Source: Candidatus Cellulosilyticum pullistercoris (GTDB lineage: Bacteria > Bacillota > Clostridia > Lachnospirales > Cellulosilyticaceae). Taken from it: DNA of 41,765 bases. This document shows positions 19,733 to 29,458 of the stretch, piece after piece. How positions within the stretch are numbered: the first letter of the stretch is position 1; each line of letters begins with the position of its first letter. Below the pieces are notes generated by a model that saw only the letters and a program-made list of their open reading frames with translations, ran no database searches and was not told where the DNA came from. The stretch lies in contig JAHLFQ010000022.1 of the NCBI GenBank assembly GCA_018883705.1, positions 1 to 41,765 of the forward strand, in the 5' to 3' direction. A program made the position numbers and the translations under genes.

Positions 19733-20551
19733 TTGAAGTTAAATAAAAAAGTAAAAAGGGTAGGCTTAATAAGTGGTATCCTTTTGATAGGTCTTATTGG
19801 ACTTGGAAAAGTACTAGATATTCCTGTGCTAAGTACAGGCGTTAATTATGTACTGTATCCTTTTGAAAAAGGTATTAATCTTGTTATCAATGGGACAAGT
19901 AATGTGTTTGAACGATTTCAAAATGTCAATGATCTATTAGCTGAGAATAAGGCCCTTAAAGAAGAAGTCAGTCAACTTAGATATGAGAAAACCATTTTAT
20001 CTCAGTACCAAGATGAAAATGAAAATTTGAGAACACTTTTAGATATGAAAAAGCGTTATGCAGATTATGAAGGTGTTGGTGCTAATGTAATAGGTAGAGA
20101 CTATGGTAATTGGAATAAAGTCTACACAATCGATAAAGGTCTTAGAAACAATGTTAAAGATAATAGTGTCATTTTAGCAAATGGTGGTTTAGTAGGACAT
20201 GTTGAAGAAGCGACAGATATCGCTTCTAAGGCTATTTCCATTATAGATAGTCGAAGTGCCGTGAGTGCTGAAGTGAGTCGTACAGGTGATGTAGGCATTT
20301 TAAAAGGTGATATTGAACTTGCAAATGATGGATTATGTCTTTTGGAAATTAATGGTGAATCTGAAATCATGAAGGGGGACCAAATTATAACATCCTATTT
20401 AAGTGATATATATCCTCCTGGGATTCTTATTGGAACAGTAGAGCAGGTGCTTGTTAATAATAATGATTTAGTAAGCTATGCTTATGTTAAACCTATTGTA
20501 GATTTTGATCATTTGCAACAAGTCTTGGTCATTAATACTGAGAGTGAATAG
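19733..20551 (+). CDS. mreC: Rod shape-determining protein MreC (TTG start)
   Basis: TM segment, coiled coil, IDKG, GLVG and YPPGILIG. Synteny. Confidence 0.94.
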   Translation: MKLNKKVKRVGLISGILLIGLIGLGKVLDIPVLSTGVNYVLYPFEKGINLVINGTSNVFERFQNVNDLLAENKALKEEVSQLRYEKTILSQYQDENENLRTLLDMKKRYADYEGVGANVIGRDYGNWNKVYTIDKGLRNNVKDNSVILANGGLVGHVEEATDIASKAISIIDSRSAVSAEVSRTGDVGILKGDIELANDGLCLLEINGESEIMKGDQIITSYLSDIYPPGILIGTVEQVLVNNNDLVSYAYVKPIVDFDHLQQVLVINTESE

Positions 20552-20565
20552 AGGAGTAGACAAAT

Positions 20566-21075
20566 ATGCGAGTTGCAATAATAGGACTTTTATTGGTCAT
20601 TGTGCATACACTTGAAGCAACACTTTTTCAATATCTAAGAATAGGGAATATTGCACCTAATTTTATGATTATGATTATCGTATCTTTTGCACTTTTGAGA
20701 GGAAGTAAAGAGGGCGTAATTGTTGGCACAGTTGCTGGATTTTTAAATGATATTTCATTTGGTATACATTTAGGACCAACTATTATAAGTTATGCACTGA
20801 TTGGATATGTTTGTGGTAAACTAAATAAAAATTTTTATCGAGAAAATTTTATTATTCCTTTTTTTTGTACCCTATTGAGTAGTTTATTTTATAGTGTAAC
20901 AAACATTATTTCTCTTGTTCTAAGAGGACAATTAAATTTTGGGTATTTTATTAAATCTATAGTTATTCCTGAGCTTATTTATACCATTACATTATCACTT
21001 ATTATTTATCAAGTAGCTTACTTAATAAATGAGAAAATTGAACAAAGTGAAAAAAATACTCGGAATATTTTTTGA
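20566..21075 (+). CDS. mreD: Rod shape-determining protein MreD
   Basis: Hydrophobic 169 aa with IAPN and GFLND, following mreC. Confidence 0.92.
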   Translation: MRVAIIGLLLVIVHTLEATLFQYLRIGNIAPNFMIMIIVSFALLRGSKEGVIVGTVAGFLNDISFGIHLGPTIISYALIGYVCGKLNKNFYRENFIIPFFCTLLSSLFYSVTNIISLVLRGQLNFGYFIKSIVIPELIYTITLSLIIYQVAYLINEKIEQSEKNTRNIF

Positions 21076-21122
21076 GGAATTGCTTTAATTTTGAAAAATA
21101 AGACGAAATATGTGAATTCTAA

Positions 21123-21152
21123 TTGTCAATGACTTACCATATGGTGTAAAAT
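21123..21152 (+). promoter_or_regulatory. Putative sigmaA promoter of minCDE-rodA-mgsA
   Basis: TTGTCA-18 nt-TAAAAT. Confidence 0.55.
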
Positions 21153-21230
21153 AGATGCAAGAATAAGCATAGATCTATCTCTTGTGATGAGGATTTATGC
21201 ATCATTTAATTACAGAATAGAGGGGAAATC

Positions 21231-21926
21231 ATGGGAGAGGGAAATCTTGTCGTTTTCAAAGGTAATGCTGATGGGATAACTGTTATTCTAGATGAAAAAG
21301 CAAACTTTGACGATGTGATAGGTCACTTCAAACAAAAACTAAATGAGTCCAAAGCTTTTTTTAAAGGTTCCAAAGTAGGGATTCGATTTAAAGGACGCAC
21401 ATTGAGTCTTGATGAACAAGAAGTATTAATGGATATTCTAAGACATCAGAATATCATTAATATTTCCTTTGTCCATCCATTTGAGAATGAATCCATAGCT
21501 TATGATGAGCAAATGTTGTGGGTAAAAAATGAATTAGAAAGTTTAAATGGTTCATTAACACACTTTTATTATGGTATTATTCGTTCAGGTATGGAACTTG
21601 AGTATCCAGGAAATATTGTGATCTTTGGTGATGTCAATCCAGGGGGTGTGATTAAAGCAGGCGGACATGTCATAATCTTTGGAATGATGAAAGGGAAAAT
21701 TCATGCTGGCCTTGATGGTAGAGTTAAGAATCCTTTTATTATAAGTAGAGGTATGACACCTATTCAGATAGGGATTCGAAATGTCATTGCACCTTGTCCA
21801 AAGGATGAAAAAAGTGATACAGATACATTAAAAATTGCATATTTATTAGATGAACGAATTTATGTGGATGTACTAGATACAAAAAGTGTTAATCATATGT
21901 TATTAGCAAACGATAAACGGGGGTAG
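21231..21926 (+). CDS. minC: Septum site-determining protein MinC
   Basis: Motifs IRSG, GDVNPGG and GKIHAG. Confidence 0.93.
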   Translation: MGEGNLVVFKGNADGITVILDEKANFDDVIGHFKQKLNESKAFFKGSKVGIRFKGRTLSLDEQEVLMDILRHQNIINISFVHPFENESIAYDEQMLWVKNELESLNGSLTHFYYGIIRSGMELEYPGNIVIFGDVNPGGVIKAGGHVIIFGMMKGKIHAGLDGRVKNPFIISRGMTPIQIGIRNVIAPCPKDEKSDTDTLKIAYLLDERIYVDVLDTKSVNHMLLANDKRG

Positions 21927-21933
21927 GATGAAG

Positions 21934-22731
21934 ATGAGTGAAGTTATAGTTGTAACATCTGGTAAAGGTGGCGTTGGTAAAACAACTACATCTGCAAATG
22001 TTGGTACGGCATTAGCCTTACGAGGTAAAAGTGTTGTTTTAGTTGATGCAGATATAGGTTTAAGAAATTTAGATGTTGTTATGGGTCTTGAGAATCGAAT
22101 CGTATATGACTTAGTAGATGTTGTAGAAGGTAGATGTAGATTAAAACAAGCACTTATTAAAGATAAACGTTTTGATGGTCTCTTTTTATTACCAGCAGCT
22201 CAGACAAGAGATAAAGATGCGGTAGGCCCAGAGCAAATGAAAAAACTTTGTGATAGTTTACGTGAAGAATTTGATTTTATTATCTTAGATTGTCCTGCTG
22301 GAATTGAACAAGGGTTTAAAAATGCTGTAGCAGGTGCTGATAGAGCATTGGTTGTTACAACACCTGAAGTTTCAGCCGTTAGAGATGCGGACCGAATTAT
22401 TGGACTTTTGGAATCACAAGGTGTATCGAATATGCAGCTTATTATCAATCGTGTACGTATGCAGATGGTAAAACGTGGTGATATGATGGCAATGGATGAT
22501 GTTGTTGAAATCTTAGCCGTTGATCTAATCGGTGTTGTTCCAGATGATGAACAAATTGTTGTTACCACGAATAAAGGTGAGCCGGCTGCAGCTGATAGTA
22601 ATTCACTAGCAGGAAAAGCGTTCAAGAATATTGCAAATCGCCTATTAGGAGAAGAAGTACCTTTTTTAGATTTAAATGTAAATAATAACTTTATGGGTAA
22701 ATTGAAAAGAGTTTTTGGATTTGGTAATTAA
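21934..22731 (+). CDS. minD: Septum site-determining ATPase MinD (alternative start 21928)
   Basis: Motifs SGKGGVGKTT, DIGLRNLD, DCPAGIE and a C-terminal amphipathic helix. Confidence 0.97.
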   Translation: MSEVIVVTSGKGGVGKTTTSANVGTALALRGKSVVLVDADIGLRNLDVVMGLENRIVYDLVDVVEGRCRLKQALIKDKRFDGLFLLPAAQTRDKDAVGPEQMKKLCDSLREEFDFIILDCPAGIEQGFKNAVAGADRALVVTTPEVSAVRDADRIIGLLESQGVSNMQLIINRVRMQMVKRGDMMAMDDVVEILAVDLIGVVPDDEQIVVTTNKGEPAAADSNSLAGKAFKNIANRLLGEEVPFLDLNVNNNFMGKLKRVFGFGN

Positions 22732-22748
22732 ATTAGGGGGGGAAGGTC

Positions 22749-23033
22749 ATGGGTTTATTAGATATTAATACTTTGTTTAGCAAAAGAAATAAGTCCAGCT
22801 CAGTAGCAAAAGACAGACTCAAGCTGGTACTCATTCATGATCGAATGAATTGTTCAACAGAACTTCTAGAGATGATGCGAGCAGATATTCTGGAGGTCAT
22901 CTCTAGATATGTAGATATAGATACTGAAGAACTTAATATTGAAATATCAAATATGGAATATGAAACAGAGGGGAAAAAAGCACCTGTGCTATCAGCTAAT
23001 ATTCCCATAAAAAATTTGAAAAAAGTAAAGTAG
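22749..23033 (+). CDS. minE: Cell division topological specificity factor MinE
   Basis: Motifs AKDRLKLVLIHDR and ANIPI. Confidence 0.95.
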   Translation: MGLLDINTLFSKRNKSSSVAKDRLKLVLIHDRMNCSTELLEMMRADILEVISRYVDIDTEELNIEISNMEYETEGKKAPVLSANIPIKNLKKVK

Positions 23034-23062
23034 TTATCGTTTGAAAGGAACTTTTCGTACAA

Positions 23063-24181
23063 ATGCACATAAAAGAACTAATCAAAAAAATTGATATTTG
23101 GCTTATTTTACTCATGAGTATTTTAACAGGGATTGGTATTCTAGCGATTAACAGTGCAACTGCTTATACGGGGGATACAACCTATGTTAAAAAACAACTA
23201 ATATTTTTTGTTATAGGTTTAGTTTTAATGATTATTGTCATGAGTATAGATTATCATGTCCTATCTAATTGGTATTTAATTGTATATATAGGTATTATTC
23301 TAATTCTTATTGCTGTTAAATTATTTGGTGAAAACATTAATGGAGCAACGAGATGGATTACTATCTTAGGCGTTCAAATTCAACCTTCTGAATTTGCTAA
23401 AATTGGGATGATTCTTTGTGGTGCTACTATTATTAATAAATATAATAATAGAATTAATAAATTATGGCCCGTTCTTATTATTGGGGCATTTGAATTTGTT
23501 CCTTTTATATTAGTCAATAGACAACCAAATTTATCTACAAGCATTATACTGATTGTTATATTGATGATACAACTATTTATAAGCAAATTGAATCTTAAGT
23601 ATATTATGACAGCAGCAGGTGTTAGTGGACTACTTGGTATCGTGGTTTTTGTTTATATTGTTAATAATCCAGATCAAAAATTGATACAAGACTATCAAAG
23701 AAAACGTATTATGAGTCTTGTTAATGGAGGAGATTCATCTGGAGATAAATATCAAACGCAACGTGCAGTACAAGCCATTGGATCAGGTGGATTAAAGGGT
23801 AAAGGATTAAATCAAGGCTCAATTAGCCAACTTAACTATTTACCAGAGTCACACAATGATTTTATTATGGCCGTACTTGGTGAAGAATTTGGTTTTGTAG
23901 GAATATTGGGCATTATTTGTATTTTGCTCTTATTTATTTTTAGAGGTGTATGGATTGCTAGGGGTGCACCTGATGAGTTAGCCAGATTTATTGTTATAGG
24001 TTACTTTGGAATGATTGCTATGCAAAGTTTCGTTAATATGGGTGTTGTCACAGATTTCTTACCTAATACGGGCATACCAATTCCCTTTATAAGTTATGGT
24101 GGAAGCTCTCTTTGGGCTAATATGATGGGATTAGGGCTCGTGCTTAATGTTTCAATGCGTAGTGAGAAAAAAATGTTTTAG
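23063..24181 (+). CDS. rodA: SEDS peptidoglycan polymerase RodA
   Basis: Motifs GATRWI, QPSEFAK, AIGSGG, LPESHNDF and TGIPIPFISYGGSS. Follows minE. Confidence 0.9.
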   Translation: MHIKELIKKIDIWLILLMSILTGIGILAINSATAYTGDTTYVKKQLIFFVIGLVLMIIVMSIDYHVLSNWYLIVYIGIILILIAVKLFGENINGATRWITILGVQIQPSEFAKIGMILCGATIINKYNNRINKLWPVLIIGAFEFVPFILVNRQPNLSTSIILIVILMIQLFISKLNLKYIMTAAGVSGLLGIVVFVYIVNNPDQKLIQDYQRKRIMSLVNGGDSSGDKYQTQRAVQAIGSGGLKGKGLNQGSISQLNYLPESHNDFIMAVLGEEFGFVGILGIICILLLFIFRGVWIARGAPDELARFIVIGYFGMIAMQSFVNMGVVTDFLPNTGIPIPFISYGGSSLWANMMGLGLVLNVSMRSEKKMF

Positions 24182-24193
24182 GGAGGGTAAAAG

Positions 24194-24589
24194 ATGAATG
24201 TAGCTTTAATTGCACATGATGCAAAGAAAAAGTTGATGGAAAACTTTACAATTGCTTATCGTCATATTTTAACCAAGCATACCTTGTATGCTACAGGTAC
24301 GACAGGACGATTAATTGAGGAAGCAACTAATTTAAATATATATAAATATCTAGCAGGGCATCTAGGTGGCTCACAGCAATTAGGTGCTCAAATTGCACAT
24401 AATGAAATTGACATGGTCATTTTCTTAAGAGATCCCATTTCACAAAAACCACATGAGCCAGACTTAGGTGGGATTGAAAGATTATGTGATATTCATAATA
24501 TTCCTATTGCAACCAATCTTGCGACGGCTGAACTTTTAGTGAAGGCGTTAGAAAGAGGCGATCTAAGCTGGCGTGAAGTTATGCGATAA
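24194..24589 (+). CDS. mgsA: Methylglyoxal synthase homologue with an atypical active-site loop
   Basis: Motifs ALIAHD, ATGTTG, FLRDP, PHEPD and ATNLATA. The SGPxGGD loop reads AGHLGGS. Confidence 0.88.
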   Translation: MNVALIAHDAKKKLMENFTIAYRHILTKHTLYATGTTGRLIEEATNLNIYKYLAGHLGGSQQLGAQIAHNEIDMVIFLRDPISQKPHEPDLGGIERLCDIHNIPIATNLATAELLVKALERGDLSWREVMR

Positions 24590-24612
24590 AAGACTTTTTT
24601 AAAGTCTTTTTT
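24588..24612 (+). terminator. Probable terminator after mgsA
   Basis: aaaagacttt-ttt-aaagtctttttt. Confidence 0.6.
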
Positions 24613-24629
24613 ATTTTGCATAAAGTCTT

Positions 24630-24657
24630 GCATAGGCTTGTTCATTTCCCCATATAT
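24630..24657 (+). promoter_or_regulatory. Putative mother-cell sigmaE-type promoter
   Basis: gcATAgg-14 nt-CATATAT fits the sigmaE -35/-10 pattern and spacing. Confidence 0.55.
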
Positions 24658-24730
24658 ATAGTTTAGTTATTAAAATAGATAATCTTATAGCTAGTAATCT
24701 TTAAGTGATGATGTAAATGGGGGAATGAAG

Positions 24731-25057
24731 ATGTTACAAGAAATAGAAAGAATGGAGCAGAATGAACTAAGTTGCAGTGTAGATAAAGTGAGTTGTAATA
24801 TAAAAGACGATGAAGAAAGTAGTTATAATTCTCTTAATATAGATGAAGTAGCTTTACAAAATAGAAGTAGAAACCTTTTTTACGCACGACTTTTATTTTG
24901 CTCAATTTTAATATGGAGTTTACTTTTTATAAAAGAAAGTGATTATGGTAAAGTATACTTGAGGACAATCACTCAAGTGCTAACAAAAAATGTTGAGATA
25001 GAGCCAGTGCAACAAGTTGTCAATAAACTGACAGTAGCCATTCAACAACTAATTTAA
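24731..25057 (+). CDS. Hypothetical single-TM protein, possibly similar to the SpoIVFA N-terminal region
   Basis: G-rich RBS, acidic N-terminus, one TM segment (LLFCSILIWSLLFI). Sits at the spoIVFA position. Confidence 0.6.
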   Translation: MLQEIERMEQNELSCSVDKVSCNIKDDEESSYNSLNIDEVALQNRSRNLFYARLLFCSILIWSLLFIKESDYGKVYLRTITQVLTKNVEIEPVQQVVNKLTVAIQQLI

Positions 25058-25076
25058 CTTAATTACGGAGGATAAA

Positions 25077-26924
25077 ATGTCAAGAGTAGAATTAACTGAT
25101 TCATTATTAGCTCGAGTAGATAAACCAGCACGATATATTGGTGGCGAGCTTAATAGCGCTAACAAAACCATAACACCAGAGATGACGCGTATTGCCTTTT
25201 GTTTCCCTGACGTTTATGAAGTAGGGATGAGCCATCTTGGTATGCAAATATTGTATCATTTCTTTAATAGAAGAGAAGATGTATTTTGTGAACGCGTGTT
25301 TTCACCATGGCCAGATATGGAAGCTCAGATGAGAAGTGCAGAAATACCACTGTTCTCATTAGAAACACATACACCTTTAAAAGAATTTGATTTTGTGGCG
25401 TTTACCCTACAATATGAGATGTGTTACACCAATGTTCTTAATATGCTCAATTTAAGTGGGATTCCTATTTTTAGTAAAGATCGTAGTGAAGAAGATCCAC
25501 TTATTATTGCTGGAGGGTGTTGTACTTACAATCCAGAACCTTTAGCGCCATTTATTGATATTTTCTATATTGGTGAAGGTGAAGTAAGTTACGATGAGAT
25601 TTTTGATCGTTATAAAGAATGGAAAGCAAGTGGAAGAAGTAAAGAAAGCTTTTTAGTGGAACTTCTTAAAGTACCAGGTCTTTATATCCCAAGATTTTAT
25701 GAGGTACACTACAATGAAGACGGCACTATAAAAGAACGTATTACTTTACATGAGGATGCCCCTCAAACGATAAAAAAAGTAATTGTAACGAATGTTGATG
25801 AAGCATTTTATCCAGAGACTCAAGTGATTCCATGGATTCAAGCAGTACATGATCGTGCAACTCTAGAAATGTTTAGAGGGTGTATTCGTGGATGTAGATT
25901 CTGTCAGGCAGGGATGATTTATCGACCTGTACGACAAAAAAGTAAAGAAGTTTTATTAGAGCAAGCAAAAAAATTACTGGCTTCAACAGGTTATGATGAA
26001 ATTTCATTATGTTCATTAAGCACCAGTGACTATGAAGCACTAGAGCCATTTACTAATGACCTTATTAATCTTTGTAACGAAGAAAAAGTAAATATATCTT
26101 TACCTTCTTTACGTGTCGATGCCTTTTCAGTTGATTTAATGCAGAAGGTACAAGAAGTTAGAAAAAGTAGCTTAACCTTTGCGCCAGAAGCAGGTTCACA
26201 AAAACAGCGTGATGTGATTAACAAGAACATTTCTGAGGAAGAAATTCTAAGAGGGTGTAAGTTAGCGTTTGAAGGTGGATGGAATCGTGTAAAACTTTAC
26301 TTTATGTTAGGATTACCTTATGAAGAAGATAGTGATATAGAGGGAATTGCTGAATTAGGTGATAAAATTGTCCAAACTTATTTTGGAATAGATAAGGCAA
26401 AACGTGCACCTGGTCTTCAACTGACAATTAGTACGTCATGTTTTGTTCCTAAACCATTTACGCCATTCCAATGGGCAGCTCAAGATACAGCAGAGAGTTT
26501 TACAAGAAAAATTAAACTTTTAAAAGAGAGTATTACAAGAAAACAAATTCGTTATATTCACCATGATGCTAAAACAAGTGTTTTAGAAGCTGTTATTGCA
26601 AGAGGGGACCAAAGAGTAGCTGAACTGATTTATAGGGCTTATCAAAAAGGATGTACTTATGATAGTTGGAGTGAGTACTTTAAACATGATAAGTGGGTTG
26701 AAGCAGCAGAAGAAATGGGACTTAGTTTTGATTTCTATGCAAAGAGAGCACGTAGTTACGAAGAAATACTACCATGGGATCATATCGATATAGGTGTTAC
26801 AAAGCAGTTCTTAATACGTGAAAATGAAAAAGCAAAAGAAGTGGTAACTACGCCAAACTGTAGAGAAAAATGCACAGGATGTGGTGCAAGTCGTTTTGGA
26901 AAGGGATTATGTCATGAGAATTAG
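25077..26924 (+). CDS. TIGR03960-family B12-binding radical SAM protein
   Basis: Motifs KPARYIGGE, FPDVYEVGMSH, RGCIRGCRFCQAG, TFAPEAG, PKPFTPFQW and C-terminal CxxxCxxCG. Confidence 0.92.
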   Translation: MSRVELTDSLLARVDKPARYIGGELNSANKTITPEMTRIAFCFPDVYEVGMSHLGMQILYHFFNRREDVFCERVFSPWPDMEAQMRSAEIPLFSLETHTPLKEFDFVAFTLQYEMCYTNVLNMLNLSGIPIFSKDRSEEDPLIIAGGCCTYNPEPLAPFIDIFYIGEGEVSYDEIFDRYKEWKASGRSKESFLVELLKVPGLYIPRFYEVHYNEDGTIKERITLHEDAPQTIKKVIVTNVDEAFYPETQVIPWIQAVHDRATLEMFRGCIRGCRFCQAGMIYRPVRQKSKEVLLEQAKKLLASTGYDEISLCSLSTSDYEALEPFTNDLINLCNEEKVNISLPSLRVDAFSVDLMQKVQEVRKSSLTFAPEAGSQKQRDVINKNISEEEILRGCKLAFEGGWNRVKLYFMLGLPYEEDSDIEGIAELGDKIVQTYFGIDKAKRAPGLQLTISTSCFVPKPFTPFQWAAQDTAESFTRKIKLLKESITRKQIRYIHHDAKTSVLEAVIARGDQRVAELIYRAYQKGCTYDSWSEYFKHDKWVEAAEEMGLSFDFYAKRARSYEEILPWDHIDIGVTKQFLIRENEKAKEVVTTPNCREKCTGCGASRFGKGLCHEN

Positions 26925-27600
26925 AGTTAAATTTAGTAAATGTGGAAATGTCAAGTATGTAGGGCATCTTGATACCATGAGACTTTTTCAAAGAGCAATT
27001 AAAGTTGCACAACTTCCTGTAGCCTATTCACAAGGATTTAGCCCACATTCACTTGTTTATTTTGCATTACCACTTGCTGTAGGGATGCAAAGTGAGGGTG
27101 AATATATGGAAATAGTTATGAAAGATGCTATTTCAGCTCTTGATGTAAAAGAAAAGTTAGAGCGTGTTATGGTACAAGGTATTAAAGTATTAGATGTGTT
27201 TGAGGTAGAAGAAAAAACACCATCTTTAATGAGTTTGGTACAAGGGGCTGATTATAAATTAGTACTAAAAGTCTTAGAACAGCCAAGATTAACAGCTGCT
27301 ACTTTAGAAGATAAGTTGGCAACAAGTAATGAACTTATTGTACTCAAAAAAGGGAAGAAAGGCATTGCACCTTTAGATATTAAGCCACTTGTTTTAGAAA
27401 GTCGATTTTCTGATAGAGAAGATTTAATTGACATTGATTTAAAAGTATTTGCAGGAAGTAGTAAAAATCTTAATCCAGACCTTTTCATAAAAGCTTTAGT
27501 AGGAGAGTCACCTTACGAATTAGAAGTAGTGAGAAAGGAACTGTATACTGAAGGGAAAGATGGGTTCATGCCATTATATACAGTTGGCAGAGTGGAATGA
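26914..27600 (+). CDS. TIGR03936 radical SAM-linked protein (DUF2344)
   Basis: Motifs YVGHLD, YSQGFSPH and PLAVG. Overlaps the radical SAM gene. Confidence 0.88.
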   Translation: MRIRVKFSKCGNVKYVGHLDTMRLFQRAIKVAQLPVAYSQGFSPHSLVYFALPLAVGMQSEGEYMEIVMKDAISALDVKEKLERVMVQGIKVLDVFEVEEKTPSLMSLVQGADYKLVLKVLEQPRLTAATLEDKLATSNELIVLKKGKKGIAPLDIKPLVLESRFSDREDLIDIDLKVFAGSSKNLNPDLFIKALVGESPYELEVVRKELYTEGKDGFMPLYTVGRVE

Positions 27601-29021
27601 ATAAAAAAATAATAATCCAAAAGAATGTGTTAACAACTGAACTAGCACTTTTGGTTGACGATGAATTTGTTAATTACTATATTGAATCTGCATTAGAATC
27701 AAATTTGCAAAACAAAATTGTAATTGGTCAAGTGATGCAGGTTGTAAAGAATTTAAATGCTGTTTTTGTTGATTATGGTGATGAGAAAAATGGCATGTTA
27801 CATTTCAAACAAATTCCTGAGGCCTATAAAAAGAAACTTAATATGGGCAGTCGTCTACCTGTACAAATAGTAAAACAAAATACCGGTGAAAAAGGGCATA
27901 AACTAACAAGTAAGTTAAATTTAATGGGCAAATATTTAGTATGTCTACCCTTTGAAGAAGGCATAAATATTTCTAAGAAAATAACAAAAACAGCGTATCG
28001 TGAGAGCCTTAAAAAGCATATAGAAAGTGCAGTAGGAAAAGAATATGGATTTATTGTTCGTACACACGCTATGGAAGCGACACTAGATGAAATTATAGAG
28101 GATGCAAAAGAATTAGTATGTAAAGCAACTCAAATTTTAGAAGGAAAAGATTACTTAGCTAAAGGAACGGTATTATATGAAGAGCCTTCTAGTATATTCC
28201 AAGTCGTTATGGAGCATTTAGAAAAAAAAGTACCTTTAGAAATTATTTGTAATGATAGGGACTATATTAATTCTCTACAAACACTACTTGCTAAGTATCC
28301 GCATTTCGAGGCAAAAATAACTCTCTGTGAAGAACAAAGGTCTATTTTTGCAAACTATAGTTTACAAAAAAAGATAGATGAGCTTTTAAGAAGAAAGATA
28401 TGGCTTAAAAACGGTGGAAATTTAATCGTGGATTATACTGAAGCCATGACGATTATTGATGTAAATAGTGCAAAAGCTATCTTAACGAAAAATCCTGAAA
28501 AGGCAACATTAGAGCTTAATAAGGAGGCTACTAAGGAGGCCATTTTACAGATTTTAAGGAGAAACTTATCGGGTATTATTATTGTTGACCTGGTAGAAAT
28601 GAAACATACACACCATAAAGAAGAAATTTTTGAACATGCAAAGACACTTCTAGAACAGTATGGAGATAGACGTACAAAAGTATACCCACTAACAGATTTA
28701 GGACTTTTACAGTTTTCTAGAACTAAGAAGTACCAGTGCGTACCACACCAGTTATTAGGACAATGTGTAGGATGCCATATGCCTTATGTTAAAGGTAGCT
28801 TTCTTTTTGAAATGATGGCAGTAGAGCATAAATTAAAGGCATTACAGCTAGAAGGCATTAGACAAGCTTTGTTTTTAGAGGCACATCCAGATTTTTATGA
28901 GATACTTAGATCTTCAGAAATCGTTTCATTGCTAGAAGCATACTATCCTGTCAAAATTCAGCTTGTAAAAGGTAGTGTACATGAGAATAAAAAGATTTTC
29001 TGTCAATTTTATCAAAAATAG
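27597..29021 (+). CDS. rng: Ribonuclease E/G family protein
   Basis: S1 domain (AVFVDYG), TEAMTIIDVNS, RNLSGIIIVD and a CxxC Zn link. Confidence 0.88.
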   Translation: MNKKIIIQKNVLTTELALLVDDEFVNYYIESALESNLQNKIVIGQVMQVVKNLNAVFVDYGDEKNGMLHFKQIPEAYKKKLNMGSRLPVQIVKQNTGEKGHKLTSKLNLMGKYLVCLPFEEGINISKKITKTAYRESLKKHIESAVGKEYGFIVRTHAMEATLDEIIEDAKELVCKATQILEGKDYLAKGTVLYEEPSSIFQVVMEHLEKKVPLEIICNDRDYINSLQTLLAKYPHFEAKITLCEEQRSIFANYSLQKKIDELLRRKIWLKNGGNLIVDYTEAMTIIDVNSAKAILTKNPEKATLELNKEATKEAILQILRRNLSGIIIVDLVEMKHTHHKEEIFEHAKTLLEQYGDRRTKVYPLTDLGLLQFSRTKKYQCVPHQLLGQCVGCHMPYVKGSFLFEMMAVEHKLKALQLEGIRQALFLEAHPDFYEILRSSEIVSLLEAYYPVKIQLVKGSVHENKKIFCQFYQK

Positions 29022-29023
29022 CA

Positions 29024-29052
29024 TTGACAGGCCTAGGAGAGTATGTTATTAT
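29024..29052 (+). promoter_or_regulatory. SigmaA promoter of the rplU operon
   Basis: TTGACA-17 nt-TATTAT with extended -10 TG. Confidence 0.85.
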
Positions 29053-29056
29053 ACTA

Positions 29057-29132
29057 AAGTGTTTTAAGCCGCACGAAGAGGTCTAAACTGATTTGATTCA
29101 GTACCGTATTCGGCGAGTTTTCGGAATAAGGA
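29057..29132 (+). ncRNA. Ribosomal protein L21 leader
   Basis: 5' UTR of rplU carrying the characteristic gccgcac...ggcgag segments and an internal hairpin actga...tcagt. Boundaries approximate. Confidence 0.75.
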
Positions 29133-29141
29133 GGTGTACAC

Positions 29142-29453
29142 ATGTACGCAATTATTGAAACAGGTGGCAAACAATACAATGTAAAAGTTGGCGATAGCAT
29201 CGTTATCGAAAAATTAAATGTTGCTGCTGGTGAAGAAGTTGTTTTTGATAAAGTTTTAGCAGTAGGTAAAGAAGATTCTTTAACAGTAGGTGCTCCTTTA
29301 GTAGCTGGTGCTACAGTAAAAGCTGAAGTAGTAGCTGAAGGTAAAGGTAAAAAAATCATCGTTTACAAATACAAAGCTAAAAAATCATACCACAAAAAAC
29401 GTGGTCACCGTCAACCTTTCACAAAAGTAACTATTAAAGCTATTGAAGCTTAA
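29142..29453 (+). CDS. rplU: 50S ribosomal protein L21
   Basis: [12 protein letters not shown]...GHRQPFT. Confidence 0.98.
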   Translation: MYAIIETGGKQYNVKVGDSIVIEKLNVAAGEEVVFDKVLAVGKEDSLTVGAPLVAGATVKAEVVAEGKGKKIIVYKYKAKKSYHKKRGHRQPFTKVTIKAIEA

Positions 29454-29458
29454 TTCTT

